This document shows positions 18,423-27,656 of a stretch of 64,000 bases of DNA, in pieces; the first letter of the stretch is position 1; every line of letters starts with the position of its first letter. A program made the translations under genes and the position numbers. A model generated the notes under the pieces. It ran no database searches, was not told the DNA's origin, and saw nothing but the letters and a program-made list of their open reading frames with translations. Source of the stretch: Flavobacteriales bacterium (GTDB lineage: Bacteria; Bacteroidota; Bacteroidia; Flavobacteriales; Schleiferiaceae). Location of the stretch: the NCBI GenBank assembly GCA_002737315.1, contig NSIH01000002.1, positions 2,430 to 66,429 of the forward strand, written 5' to 3'.

Positions 18423-20861
18423 ATGCGTATTTCTTTGGATTGGGTATCGGACTACCTCCCCACTAATCTTAGCCTTGCCGAGGTCAGCGAACGACTCACC
18501 GCAACCGGACTCGAGGTTGAAAAAGCCGAGGTATTTGACGCAGTTCCGGGCGGACTGCGCCAAGTTGTCGTGGGCGAAATACGCAGCCTGCGCCAGCATC
18601 CCAATGCCGACCGCCTGAGGGTAACCCAAGTGGACGTCGGGGCTCCCGAATGGCTGAACATTGTCTGCGGAGCCGCCAATGTAGCCCAAGGCCAAAAGGT
18701 GGCGGTTGCCATGGTTGGAGCCGAACTCCACCCTTTGGGCAGCGATAGCGCATTGGTAATTAAAAAGTCCGCACTGCGCGGCGAAGCCTCCGAAGGCATG
18801 ATTTGCGCCGAAGACGAGCTTGGCCTTGGCAGCAACCACGACGGAATCATGGTGCTTAGTCCTGATGCTCCGGTGGGCCAACCTATGGCCGAATACCTTG
18901 GACTGGAGAGCGTTAATGTGCTCGAAATCGGCCTAACTCCCAACCGGATGGACGCCATGAGCCACTACGGAGTGGCCCGCGACCTTCGCGCCTCGATGCT
19001 GCGCGACGGCCTCGACGTACTTTGGACCGAACCGACCACCGTCGACCTCAGCGCAGTCAAAACCGGCGCCACTCGATTAACATCAAACGATTCGCATTCC
19101 TGCCCGCAGTATGGAGCCCTCAAAATCACGGGCCTCCTAGGCGGCCAGGCTTCGGCCGAACCGATTCAGCAGCGACTCAGGGCCGCTGGACTGAATCCGA
19201 TTAACGCATTGGTCGACGCCAGCAACTACGTGATGCATGCGCTTGGACACCCGCTTCACTGCTTTGACGCCGCTGCGGTGCAGGGCGAGATTGCCGTTCG
19301 CCGGGCTAATGCTGGAGAGAAGCTCACCACGCTGGACGGCGTAGAGCGCACTTTGCATGCCGAGGACCAGGTAATTGCCAACGGCAGTGCCGCGATGTGC
19401 CTGGCAGGAGTTTTTGGTGGCCAGCAATCGGGAGTCTCGAGCAGCACCACCTCGGTGGTGGTGGAATCGGCCTGGTTTGACCCGGTCGTAACCCGGGCTA
19501 TGGCGCGCCGGCACGGACTGCATACCGACGCCAGCTTTCGCTACGAGCGGGGCGTAGACCCCGCGATGGGCCTTCCTGCCCTTGAGCTTTTTTGGACCCT
19601 CATCGAGGCCCAGTTTCCGGAGGCCAAGATCGAAGGGCTCGATTGGATTCGTGCTGCGGACTCCCGCTTTCTACCTACGGTTATTGAGGTTTCGATGGAC
19701 CGAATTGCCGAACTTTTAGGCGACCGCCTGCCCGACGAAGCCTGCGCGACCATCCTGGAGTCCCTCGACATTGCCGTGGTCAAGCAAGACGGCCCCCTTT
19801 GGACCCTGAGTCTGCCGGTGTACCGTTGGGACGTTCGCCGCGAAGCCGACGTCGCCGAAGAGCTCTTGCGCGTTTGGGGATTCAACAACCTTGCGGAGCC
19901 CGAGGGAATGCGCGTGCGCAGCCAGCCTGAAGCCCGCCGCAACGCCGAATCACTGCGGCGCATCGCTGCCGACTATTTAGTCGCCCATGGATTAAACGAG
20001 GTCATGAACCTTTCGCTCACCCGCCTGTCCTGGTTCTCCAACCATCCGAGTATTCCCGCTGACGAGGTCGTGCAGGTGCTGAATCCGCTGAGTCAGGACC
20101 AAGCAGTAATGCGTCCAACCTTGCTCTACAGCGGGCTTGAGACGATTGCCTACAACCTTAAGCGCCAAGAAGAACGCCTGGCTATTTTTGAGTTCGGACG
20201 CCGCTACGGTCAAAATTCCGAGGGGCGCTACGAGGCAGGCGAACTGGGCATTTGGCTTTGCGGAACCTATCCCGACGCGCACTACTCGCGCCCCAATGCA
20301 AGCGCCAACTTTGGCATACTCAAGGGCCTTGTCTGCGGACTGCTACAGCGCTTCGGAGTTTCGTTCACCGAAGTCCCAGGAACCGCGGTGGCCGGATTCT
20401 GGACTAGCCGCTTGGACCTCTTAGGCCCACAGGGCGAAACCCTAGCCTACCTGGGCTGGCCCGACAGCCATGCGCTTGAGGCAACCGACGTCGACAAGCC
20501 GGTTCTTGCCTCGCTGATTCAGTGGGATGCCTTAGTTGCCACGGCGCAAAAGGTGCGTACCTCCTACATCGAGCCCCCTAGGTTCCCCAAGGTCGTGCGC
20601 GACCTCGCTTTGGTGGTTCCGGTTGGTACTGCCTACGGCACTCTGGTTGAAGGTCTTCAGTCGGCGCCGGTAAAAACCCTGGAGTCCGTGGAGCTTTTTG
20701 ACGTGTACCAGGGCAAGGGCCTGCCCGAAGGAAGCATGTCCTACGGCGTTCGCCTGACCTTTAGAGATACGAGTAAAACCCTTCAAGACCAGCAGGTTGA
20801 GGGCACCGTAAGGCGCATGCTCGAAGGCGCTGAAAAGCACTGCGGAGCCAAGCTTCGCTAG
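18423..20861 (+). CDS. pheT: phenylalanine--tRNA ligase beta subunit
   Basis: 812 aa. N-terminal tRNA-binding domain (HPNADRLRVTQVD), B3/4 and B5 regions, and a C-terminal FDX-ACB-like domain. Confidence 0.9.
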   Translation: MRISLDWVSDYLPTNLSLAEVSERLTATGLEVEKAEVFDAVPGGLRQVVVGEIRSLRQHPNADRLRVTQVDVGAPEWLNIVCGAANVAQGQKVAVAMVGAELHPLGSDSALVIKKSALRGEASEGMICAEDELGLGSNHDGIMVLSPDAPVGQPMAEYLGLESVNVLEIGLTPNRMDAMSHYGVARDLRASMLRDGLDVLWTEPTTVDLSAVKTGATRLTSNDSHSCPQYGALKITGLLGGQASAEPIQQRLRAAGLNPINALVDASNYVMHALGHPLHCFDAAAVQGEIAVRRANAGEKLTTLDGVERTLHAEDQVIANGSAAMCLAGVFGGQQSGVSSSTTSVVVESAWFDPVVTRAMARRHGLHTDASFRYERGVDPAMGLPALELFWTLIEAQFPEAKIEGLDWIRAADSRFLPTVIEVSMDRIAELLGDRLPDEACATILESLDIAVVKQDGPLWTLSLPVYRWDVRREADVAEELLRVWGFNNLAEPEGMRVRSQPEARRNAESLRRIAADYLVAHGLNEVMNLSLTRLSWFSNHPSIPADEVVQVLNPLSQDQAVMRPTLLYSGLETIAYNLKRQEERLAIFEFGRRYGQNSEGRYEAGELGIWLCGTYPDAHYSRPNASANFGILKGLVCGLLQRFGVSFTEVPGTAVAGFWTSRLDLLGPQGETLAYLGWPDSHALEATDVDKPVLASLIQWDALVATAQKVRTSYIEPPRFPKVVRDLALVVPVGTAYGTLVEGLQSAPVKTLESVELFDVYQGKGLPEGSMSYGVRLTFRDTSKTLQDQQVEGTVRRMLEGAEKHCGAKLR

Positions 20862-20880
20862 AGAAGCCCGGAGCTAGAAT

Positions 20881-23112
20881 TTACTTCGTTTCGCTAAAAT
20901 TCAGCGCGTTATCGTAGATATCGCGGTACTGCGCGACCGATCCCCATTCTTGGTCGTCTACGCTAATGGAGCCCTTGGTGACGTGACCCAGCAGGTCAAA
21001 CTCGACCGCGTTTCGCATCATGCTGTCTACAAAAAGGTCGTCTTGGTCGGGATGAACCGTAACGACGATGCGGCTCTGGCTCTCGCCAAACAAAAAGGCA
21101 TCCGGGCGAATCTCGCTGTCGGTCGTGAGGTCAAAACCCAGGTCTCCGGCCATGGCCGACTCCATAAGGGCAACAAAAAGTCCGCCCTCTGAGGCATCGT
21201 GGGCCGAGGCGATCAACCCCTCGCGAATTAGTTCTGCAACCTGGCGCTGCACGAGGTATTCCTCGTCGAGGTCAAAATAGGGCGCGGGCGATGCCGTGAC
21301 GCCCTGCAGGTGAACAAGGTACTGACTCGAGGCCAGGTCGTTGCGGCTGGTTCCTATGAGGTAAATCAGGTCGCCCTTAGCCTTGAATCCCAGGGTGGTC
21401 AAGTGCTTGATGTCGTCCACCAAACCAATCATGGCAATGGTAGGGGTCGGGAAGACCGGCTCTATGCGGTCGCCCATGGCGGTTTGGTTGTAAAAACTAA
21501 CGTTCCCGCCAGTGACGGGGGTCTGGAACTTCAAACAGGCCTTGCTCATGCCCTTAATAGCGCCCACAAACTGCCAGTAAACCTCTGGATTGTAGGGGTT
21601 TCCAAAATTGAGGCAGTTGGTGATTGCGCTGGGGCTTCCGCCGGAGCAAACAATGTTGCGGGCGCTCTCGGCCACGGCAATCATAGTGCCCACTTCGGGG
21701 TCTGCGTGCACGTAGCGGCTGTTGCAGTCCACCGTCATGGCTAGGGCGCGGTTGGTTCCGCGCAAGTTGACTACCGAGGCATCGCTGGGAGCGTTGGTGG
21801 AGCGGTTGATGGTTCCGACCATAGAGTCGTACTGCTCATAAACCCAACGCTTGGAGGCAATGTTGGGCAGGGCCATCATTTTTTCGGCTAGGACCTTGAG
21901 GTCTGTGGGCACTGGCACCGAATCGACCGAAAACTTTTGGTACTCCGCGTAGTAGGCCGGCTCCGACCACTCGCGGTGGTAGACCGGTGCACCTCCGCCC
22001 AGAACCAGGTGCTCGGCAGGCAGGTCGCCGACCAGCGCTCCGTGCCAATAGTACTGCACGTTGGGCCCAGCCGTTACCTCGCCGATCAGGGCGCAGTGAA
22101 TATCCCACTTACTAAAAATCGCTTCCACCTCAGCCTCGCGGCCCTTCTGAACCACTACGAGCATGCGCTCCTGCGATTCCGACAAAAGAATTTCCCAGGG
22201 ATGCATGCCCGTTTGGCGGGTCGGAACCCGGTCAAGATGAACCGTCATTCCGACCTTGCCTCCTGCACTCATTTCAGTAGTTGAACAGGTAATACCTGCA
22301 GCTCCCATGTCTTGCATGCCCATCACGGCTCCCGTCTGGGCTAGCTCCATGGTGGCCTCGAGAAGCAGCTTCTCTTGAAAAGGGTCGCCAACCTGAACCG
22401 AGGGTATGTCGTTGGCGGAGTCTTCGGTCAAGTCTTTGGACGCAAAGGCGGCTCCGTGGATGCCGTCACGGCCCGTCGAAGAACCGACAATGTAGACGGG
22501 GTTGCCCACCCCGCGAGCCTTGGCGCTGATTTGCTCGCCCACTTTCACGATTCCGGCCGAGAATGCATTCACCAGCGGATTTTGCTCGTAGCAGTCGTCA
22601 AAGTAGACCTCGCCGCCGACGGTAGGAATTCCGAAGCTGTTGCCGTAGTCCCCAATGCCCTTGACCACGCCATTGACCAGCCACTTGGTGCGGTCGGTAG
22701 TCGGATTGCCAAAGCGAAGGGAATTCAACTGAGCAATCGGGCGGGAACCCATGGTGAAAATGTCGCGGTTGATTCCGCCCACTCCCGTCGCAGCACCCTG
22801 GTAGGGCTCCACGGCCGAAGGGTGGTTGTGCGACTCAATTTTGAAGGCGCAGGCTAGTCCGTCGCCAATGTCGACGAGGCCGGCGTTCTCTTCTCCAGCC
22901 TTGACGAGCATGTGCGGACCATCCTTGGGCAAGGTTTTGAGCCAAACTATAGAATTTTTGTAGGAACAGTGCTCGCTCCACATCACGGAATACATGCTCA
23001 ATTCCGTGAAGTTCGGCACCCGATTTAAGCGAGTGCAAATGGCTTCAAACTCTTCGGGAAGCAGTCCCAGCTCCTTGGCCTGAGTAGGGGTAGTAAGTGC
23101 AGTGGATTTCAT
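20881..23112 (-). CDS. purL: phosphoribosylformylglycinamidine synthase subunit PurL (FGAM synthase II)
   Basis: 743 aa, the small PurL type ([30 protein letters not shown]). PurQ and PurS are not in the window. Confidence 0.9.
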   Translation of the reverse strand: MKSTALTTPTQAKELGLLPEEFEAICTRLNRVPNFTELSMYSVMWSEHCSYKNSIVWLKTLPKDGPHMLVKAGEENAGLVDIGDGLACAFKIESHNHPSAVEPYQGAATGVGGINRDIFTMGSRPIAQLNSLRFGNPTTDRTKWLVNGVVKGIGDYGNSFGIPTVGGEVYFDDCYEQNPLVNAFSAGIVKVGEQISAKARGVGNPVYIVGSSTGRDGIHGAAFASKDLTEDSANDIPSVQVGDPFQEKLLLEATMELAQTGAVMGMQDMGAAGITCSTTEMSAGGKVGMTVHLDRVPTRQTGMHPWEILLSESQERMLVVVQKGREAEVEAIFSKWDIHCALIGEVTAGPNVQYYWHGALVGDLPAEHLVLGGGAPVYHREWSEPAYYAEYQKFSVDSVPVPTDLKVLAEKMMALPNIASKRWVYEQYDSMVGTINRSTNAPSDASVVNLRGTNRALAMTVDCNSRYVHADPEVGTMIAVAESARNIVCSGGSPSAITNCLNFGNPYNPEVYWQFVGAIKGMSKACLKFQTPVTGGNVSFYNQTAMGDRIEPVFPTPTIAMIGLVDDIKHLTTLGFKAKGDLIYLIGTSRNDLASSQYLVHLQGVTASPAPYFDLDEEYLVQRQVAELIREGLIASAHDASEGGLFVALMESAMAGDLGFDLTTDSEIRPDAFLFGESQSRIVVTVHPDQDDLFVDSMMRNAVEFDLLGHVTKGSISVDDQEWGSVAQYRDIYDNALNFSETK

Positions 23113-23128
23113 AGGGTAAATTCAATAG

Positions 23129-23136
23129 CAAAGGTA
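23129..23136 (-). promoter_or_regulatory. -7 promoter box TACCTTTG upstream of purL
   Basis: Exact TAnnTTTG on the minus strand, 16 nt before the purL ATG (23112). Confidence 0.4.
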
Positions 23137-23156
23137 GGGCGCAGCCTTCCTATCTT

Positions 23157-24806
23157 GTGGCCGTGAAGCAGGCTTCCTTACCCCTCTTTGCTGCATTTTT
23201 TGCCGCTGCTTTGGTCGGATGCCGTTCCACCCCAGAGTACGACCATGTGCTTACCAATGCGAGGGTAGCGCAGTTCGACGGCGACGCCATCTCCTTTGTG
23301 AACCTGCATTTGGCCCTTCGCGACGGACGGATCGCCGAACTTATTCCGGCCAGCGAGGCGCTCCCCCTTGCCAGCGACACTACCGACTTGACCGGGACCT
23401 TCGTGTACCCTGGATTGGTCGACGCCCACGCGCATTTTATGGCCCTCGGGCAGGCCCTTGAAACAGTGGATTTGGTCGGAACCCGAAGCTGGGCCGAGTG
23501 CGTCGAGCGCGTGCGCCAGTACCTGGCCGACCACCCCGAAGTCGCCGTGGTTCGCGGGCGAGGCTGGGACCAAAACGATTGGACCCTTGGCGAGTGGCCA
23601 AGCTCGGTAGAACTTGACGCTTTGAGCCAAAAGGCCATTGTACTGTCGCGCATCGACGGCCACGCAGTCGTCTGCAACCAGATCGCCCTCAAGCAGTCCG
23701 GAATCACCGCTGCAACCCGCATTGAAGGGGGCGAAATCATTACTGCGGCCGGCAAACCCACGGGAGTACTCGTCGACAACGCCGAAACCCTGCTGCGCAT
23801 TGCCGAGCCTTCTCGCGAAGAAAAAATTCGCTACCTGCAGGCCGCCGAGCGCTGGTGCATTGAATTGGGACTCACTAGCGTACACGACGCAGGTCTCCCC
23901 ACTGGCGACATCATGCTGATCGACAGCCTTCAACGCGCCGGAGGCTTGCGCATGCCCCTCTACGTTATGGTCTCCGAGAGCCCTGAGGCCCTAGACCACT
24001 GGCTTCAGAGAGGCCCCCTTGAAACCGACTGGCTCTCGGTCCGCAGCTTCAAATTTTACAGCGACGGCGCCCTGGGCAGCCGTGGTGCCCTGCTCCGCGC
24101 ACCCTACCGCGACCGGCACGACCACTTTGGACTGGCACTGCGCGACCAAACCTACTTGAGGACCGCCGCCGCCCGGATCGCCAAAGCCGGCTGGCAGATG
24201 AACACGCACGCCATCGGCGATTCTGCCAACCATTTGGTCTTGAGCATATACCGAGAAGCCTTAGGAGCAAAAACCGCAAAGCCCGACCTGCGTTGGCGAG
24301 TGGAGCATGCCCAGGTGGTGAGCCCCGAGGACCGCAAGGAATTCGGAGGAAGTCTCGGCATTGTGCCCTCGGTGCAGCCTACCCACGCCACCAGCGACAT
24401 GGACTGGGCCCCGGTCCGCCTTGGCGCCGATCGAATGCCTCATGCCTACGCCTACCGCTCGCTGCGGGAGGCCAATGGCGGCTGGATTCCGCTCGGAACG
24501 GACTTCCCCATTGAGCATCCAAACCCCATGTACACCATTCTGGCAGCCACAGCTCGCCGGGCACTCGACGGCCACCCCTTGGGAGGATTTCAGACCGAGG
24601 AGGCCCTGACCCTTGACCAAACCATCCTGGGCATGACGCGCGACGCCGCACGATCATCGTTTCGTGAAGGCCAAGCCGGTGAAATCCGACTTGGAAATTG
24701 GGCTGACTTCACCATCTTTGACACGAACCTTAGCGAAATAGAACCCATGAACCTGCCCAAAACCCAAGCCCTACAAGTTTGGATTCACGGGGAGCGACGT
24801 AAGTAA
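23157..24806 (+). CDS. amidohydrolase family lipoprotein (YtcJ-like metal-dependent hydrolase)
   Basis: 549 aa with a lipoprotein-type signal (FAAALVGC) and Amidohydro_3-like motifs (VDAHAHF, NTHAIGD). The start is the GTG at 23157 or at 23163. Confidence 0.75.
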   Translation: MAVKQASLPLFAAFFAAALVGCRSTPEYDHVLTNARVAQFDGDAISFVNLHLALRDGRIAELIPASEALPLASDTTDLTGTFVYPGLVDAHAHFMALGQALETVDLVGTRSWAECVERVRQYLADHPEVAVVRGRGWDQNDWTLGEWPSSVELDALSQKAIVLSRIDGHAVVCNQIALKQSGITAATRIEGGEIITAAGKPTGVLVDNAETLLRIAEPSREEKIRYLQAAERWCIELGLTSVHDAGLPTGDIMLIDSLQRAGGLRMPLYVMVSESPEALDHWLQRGPLETDWLSVRSFKFYSDGALGSRGALLRAPYRDRHDHFGLALRDQTYLRTAAARIAKAGWQMNTHAIGDSANHLVLSIYREALGAKTAKPDLRWRVEHAQVVSPEDRKEFGGSLGIVPSVQPTHATSDMDWAPVRLGADRMPHAYAYRSLREANGGWIPLGTDFPIEHPNPMYTILAATARRALDGHPLGGFQTEEALTLDQTILGMTRDAARSSFREGQAGEIRLGNWADFTIFDTNLSEIEPMNLPKTQALQVWIHGERRK

Positions 24807-24822
24807 CACCCTGTTATAAGCC

Positions 24823-26589
24823 ATGAACACACCCAAACGCCTTTTTGACTTTGCATACTACGCAGCGGCAAAGCATCCGCGCCCCGACGCACTGAATACT
24901 AAGATTAACGGCCAGTGGCAGTCGATGTCAACTGCCGATTTCGTCGCAAAGTCCGAGAAACTCGCCTGCGGACTCATAGATATGGGACTTAAACCCGGCG
25001 AGCGAGTGGGCATCATCTCTACCAACAACCGCAGCGAATGGAACCTATGCGACCAAGCCATTTTGAGTGCGGGATGTATTGACGTACCCATGTATCCTAC
25101 CATTTCGCAAGCGGACTACCAATTTATTTTAAACGACTCCGGCATGCGCTTTTGCTTTGTGAGCGACGTGGAACTGCGCGATAAAATTGAAGCTCTTCGT
25201 GCAGGCATTCCGACCCTTGAGGCCGTGTTCACGTTCAGCCCCACCGAAGGTTCCGTATGCCTCGACGAAGTCGTCGCCCGCGCCAAAGACACCCACTACG
25301 CCGAGCTCGAGGCCCGCAAGGCCGCCGTGAGTGAAGAAGACCTTGCTACCATCATCTATACTTCAGGCACCACGGGAACTCCCAAAGGCGTCATGCTAAG
25401 CCACCGCAACATCGCATCCAACGCCGTTGCCGGAGCTGCTCGCCTGCCAGTCGGCCCCACAGGTAAGGCCCTGAGTTTTTTGCCCCTCTGCCACAGCTAT
25501 GAGCGGGTCTGCGTCTATGTGTACATGACCAACGGCGTGGGCGTCTACTTTGCGGAGTCCATGGAGACCATTGGCGACAACCTGCGCGAAGTTCACCCTC
25601 AGGTATTTACGGCGGTACCGCGACTGCTCGAGAAGGTCTACGACAAAATAATGGATAAGGGCAAGGCCCTAACCGGCATCAAGCGCGGACTCTTCTTTTG
25701 GGCCGTGGGCCTAGCAAAACGCTACGAGCACGAAGGACTCAGTGCCTTGTACTACGCCCAACTCAAATTGGCCCGCAAGCTGATTTTTAGCAAGTGGCAA
25801 GAGGCTCTGGGCGGCGAGGTATTGGCCGTGGCAAGCGGAGCTGCCGCGCTGAACCCAAAACTAGCACGAATCTTTGCCGGAGCCGGAATCAACGTTCAAG
25901 AAGGCTATGGACTGACCGAAACCTCCCCGATTCTTGCAGTTAACCTGCCAACCGGCCGCGGCCATAAGCTGGGCACCGTAGGCACTGCCATTGAAGGCGT
26001 GAGCCTAAAGCTCGACACCGACGGAGAAATCCTGGCCAAGGGACCCAACGTTATGATGGGCTACTACCAACGCCCCGACCTAACCGCCGAGGTCATGACC
26101 GAAGACGGCTGGTTCCGCACCGGAGACATCGGCGAGCTCGACTCCGAGGGCTACCTGCGCATCACCGACCGCAAAAAGGAGATTTTTAAAACTGCCGGCG
26201 GCAAGTACATCACGCCCCAAGCGATGGAAAACGCATTCAAAATGTCTTCATTCATCGAGCAATGCATGGTGGCGGGCGACAACCAGAAGTTCCCTGTGCT
26301 TCTGATTCAGCCGCAATACGACTATTTGAAGTCTTGGTGCAGCCGCAAGGGTATTGACTGGACTAACCCGGCTGAAATGATTGCAGATCCGCGCATTATT
26401 GCCCGCTTTCAGCGCGAAATCGACGCCACCAACGACCAGTATGGTCAGTGGGAGAAGGTGAAAAAGTTTGCACTCACTCCTGACCTTTGGACCATTGCTG
26501 ACGGGCACGTCACGCCCACCCTAAAGCTTCGCCGCAAACCCATCTTGCAGCGGTACGCGGGGCTGTATGAGGCCTTGTATCAAGAGTAA
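24823..26589 (+). CDS. long-chain-fatty-acid--CoA ligase (AMP-dependent synthetase)
   Basis: 588 aa with the AMP-binding motif IIYTSGTTGTPKGVMLSH and the later GYGLTETSP. Confidence 0.85.
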   Translation: MNTPKRLFDFAYYAAAKHPRPDALNTKINGQWQSMSTADFVAKSEKLACGLIDMGLKPGERVGIISTNNRSEWNLCDQAILSAGCIDVPMYPTISQADYQFILNDSGMRFCFVSDVELRDKIEALRAGIPTLEAVFTFSPTEGSVCLDEVVARAKDTHYAELEARKAAVSEEDLATIIYTSGTTGTPKGVMLSHRNIASNAVAGAARLPVGPTGKALSFLPLCHSYERVCVYVYMTNGVGVYFAESMETIGDNLREVHPQVFTAVPRLLEKVYDKIMDKGKALTGIKRGLFFWAVGLAKRYEHEGLSALYYAQLKLARKLIFSKWQEALGGEVLAVASGAAALNPKLARIFAGAGINVQEGYGLTETSPILAVNLPTGRGHKLGTVGTAIEGVSLKLDTDGEILAKGPNVMMGYYQRPDLTAEVMTEDGWFRTGDIGELDSEGYLRITDRKKEIFKTAGGKYITPQAMENAFKMSSFIEQCMVAGDNQKFPVLLIQPQYDYLKSWCSRKGIDWTNPAEMIADPRIIARFQREIDATNDQYGQWEKVKKFALTPDLWTIADGHVTPTLKLRRKPILQRYAGLYEALYQE

Positions 26590-26618
26590 ACTAGTAACTA
26601 GTTACTGGTAACTGGTTA
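26587..26618. repeat. heptamer-built CTAG-rich intergenic element, copy 1 (TAAACTAG TAACTAG TTACTGG TAACTGG TTA)
   Basis: Spans exactly from the TAA of the acyl-CoA synthetase gene to the TAA (minus strand) of rluD. It contains the perfect palindrome GTAACTAGTTAC. Its 16-nt core matches copies 2 and 3 at 15/16 and 14/16 positions respectively. Confidence 0.65.
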
Positions 26619-27656
26619 TTTCTGCGCTGCGTAGCGCCTAAACCGCTCGAGCACCGCCTGCATGTCGTCGGGCAGGGGAGCCTCAAACACCAGGCGTTCG
26701 TCGGGCCGCGACGGGTGCTCAAAACCGAGGAGTCGAGCATGAAGCGCTTGACGTGGAAGCATTTCGACGGTTCGGTGCGCAAACTGCGCAAACTTGGGCA
26801 GCTCCGGGCGGTGCGGCGCCTTGTCGCCGCCGTAGATCGTGTCTCCAACCACCGAATGACCAAGATGCTTCATGTGGGCCCTAATCTGGTGCGTCCGCCC
26901 GGTTTCGAGCCGGCAGGCCACGAGGGTTGCGAAATGAAAACGTTCGAGTACTTCGTAGTGGGTGACCGCATGCTTTCCGTGCTTTCCGTCGGCAAATACA
27001 GCCTGAACCTTGCGGTCTTGCAGCGAACGTCCAATATGACCGGTTACGGTTCCGCGGTCTTCGCGCACATTGCCCCAAACCAGGGCATGGTACTCGCGCT
27101 CGCAGCTGTGGTCGGCAAACTGCTTGGCCAAAAAAGCCAGGGCGTAGTCGGTACGCGCCACTACCAGCAGGCCGGTCGTGTCCTTATCGATGCGGTGAAC
27201 TAAGCCGGGGCGCACGTCAGGCCCAGCGCCCGGCAAATTTTGAAACAAATGAAGCAAGCCGTGCACGAGGGTTCCGGTAAAATGGCCAATCGCCGGGTGC
27301 ACCACCATTCCGGCCGGTTTATTGATCACGGCGAGGTCGTCGTCGAGGTAGATGATGTCGAGGTCGATGGCCTCGGCCTCCAGCACAAATTCGCGCGGAG
27401 GCTGCGCCAGCACCACCGTGACTTCTTCGCCGGCCTTAACCCGGTGGTTGGACTTGACGGGCTGACCATTGACGCGGATTGCGCCCACCTCAGCCGCCTT
27501 CTGAATGCGGTTACGCGAGGTTTTCTGCAAGAAATTAAACAAAAACTTGTCAACCCTCAACGGGCCCTGGCCCGGTTCTGCCAAAAAGCGATGGTGTACA
27601 AAAAGCTCCTCGTCGGCGCTCATTGCGTCGTCTGCCTCGTCGTCCAGTTCAATCAT
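26616..27656 (-). CDS. rluD: RluA/RluD family 23S rRNA pseudouridine synthase
   Basis: 346 aa with an S4-like N-terminal domain and the catalytic motif HRIDKDTTGLLVVA. Confidence 0.85.
   Translation of the reverse strand: MIELDDEADDAMSADEELFVHHRFLAEPGQGPLRVDKFLFNFLQKTSRNRIQKAAEVGAIRVNGQPVKSNHRVKAGEEVTVVLAQPPREFVLEAEAIDLDIIYLDDDLAVINKPAGMVVHPAIGHFTGTLVHGLLHLFQNLPGAGPDVRPGLVHRIDKDTTGLLVVARTDYALAFLAKQFADHSCEREYHALVWGNVREDRGTVTGHIGRSLQDRKVQAVFADGKHGKHAVTHYEVLERFHFATLVACRLETGRTHQIRAHMKHLGHSVVGDTIYGGDKAPHRPELPKFAQFAHRTVEMLPRQALHARLLGFEHPSRPDERLVFEAPLPDDMQAVLERFRRYAAQK

Noticed and set aside
23150-23933. Two long minus-strand ORFs (216 and 251 aa) antisense to the amidohydrolase gene
   Set aside because: Same reasoning. 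Their composition (R, A, S, G, P-rich) is typical of non-coding frames, and the plus strand encodes a well-supported amidohydrolase.
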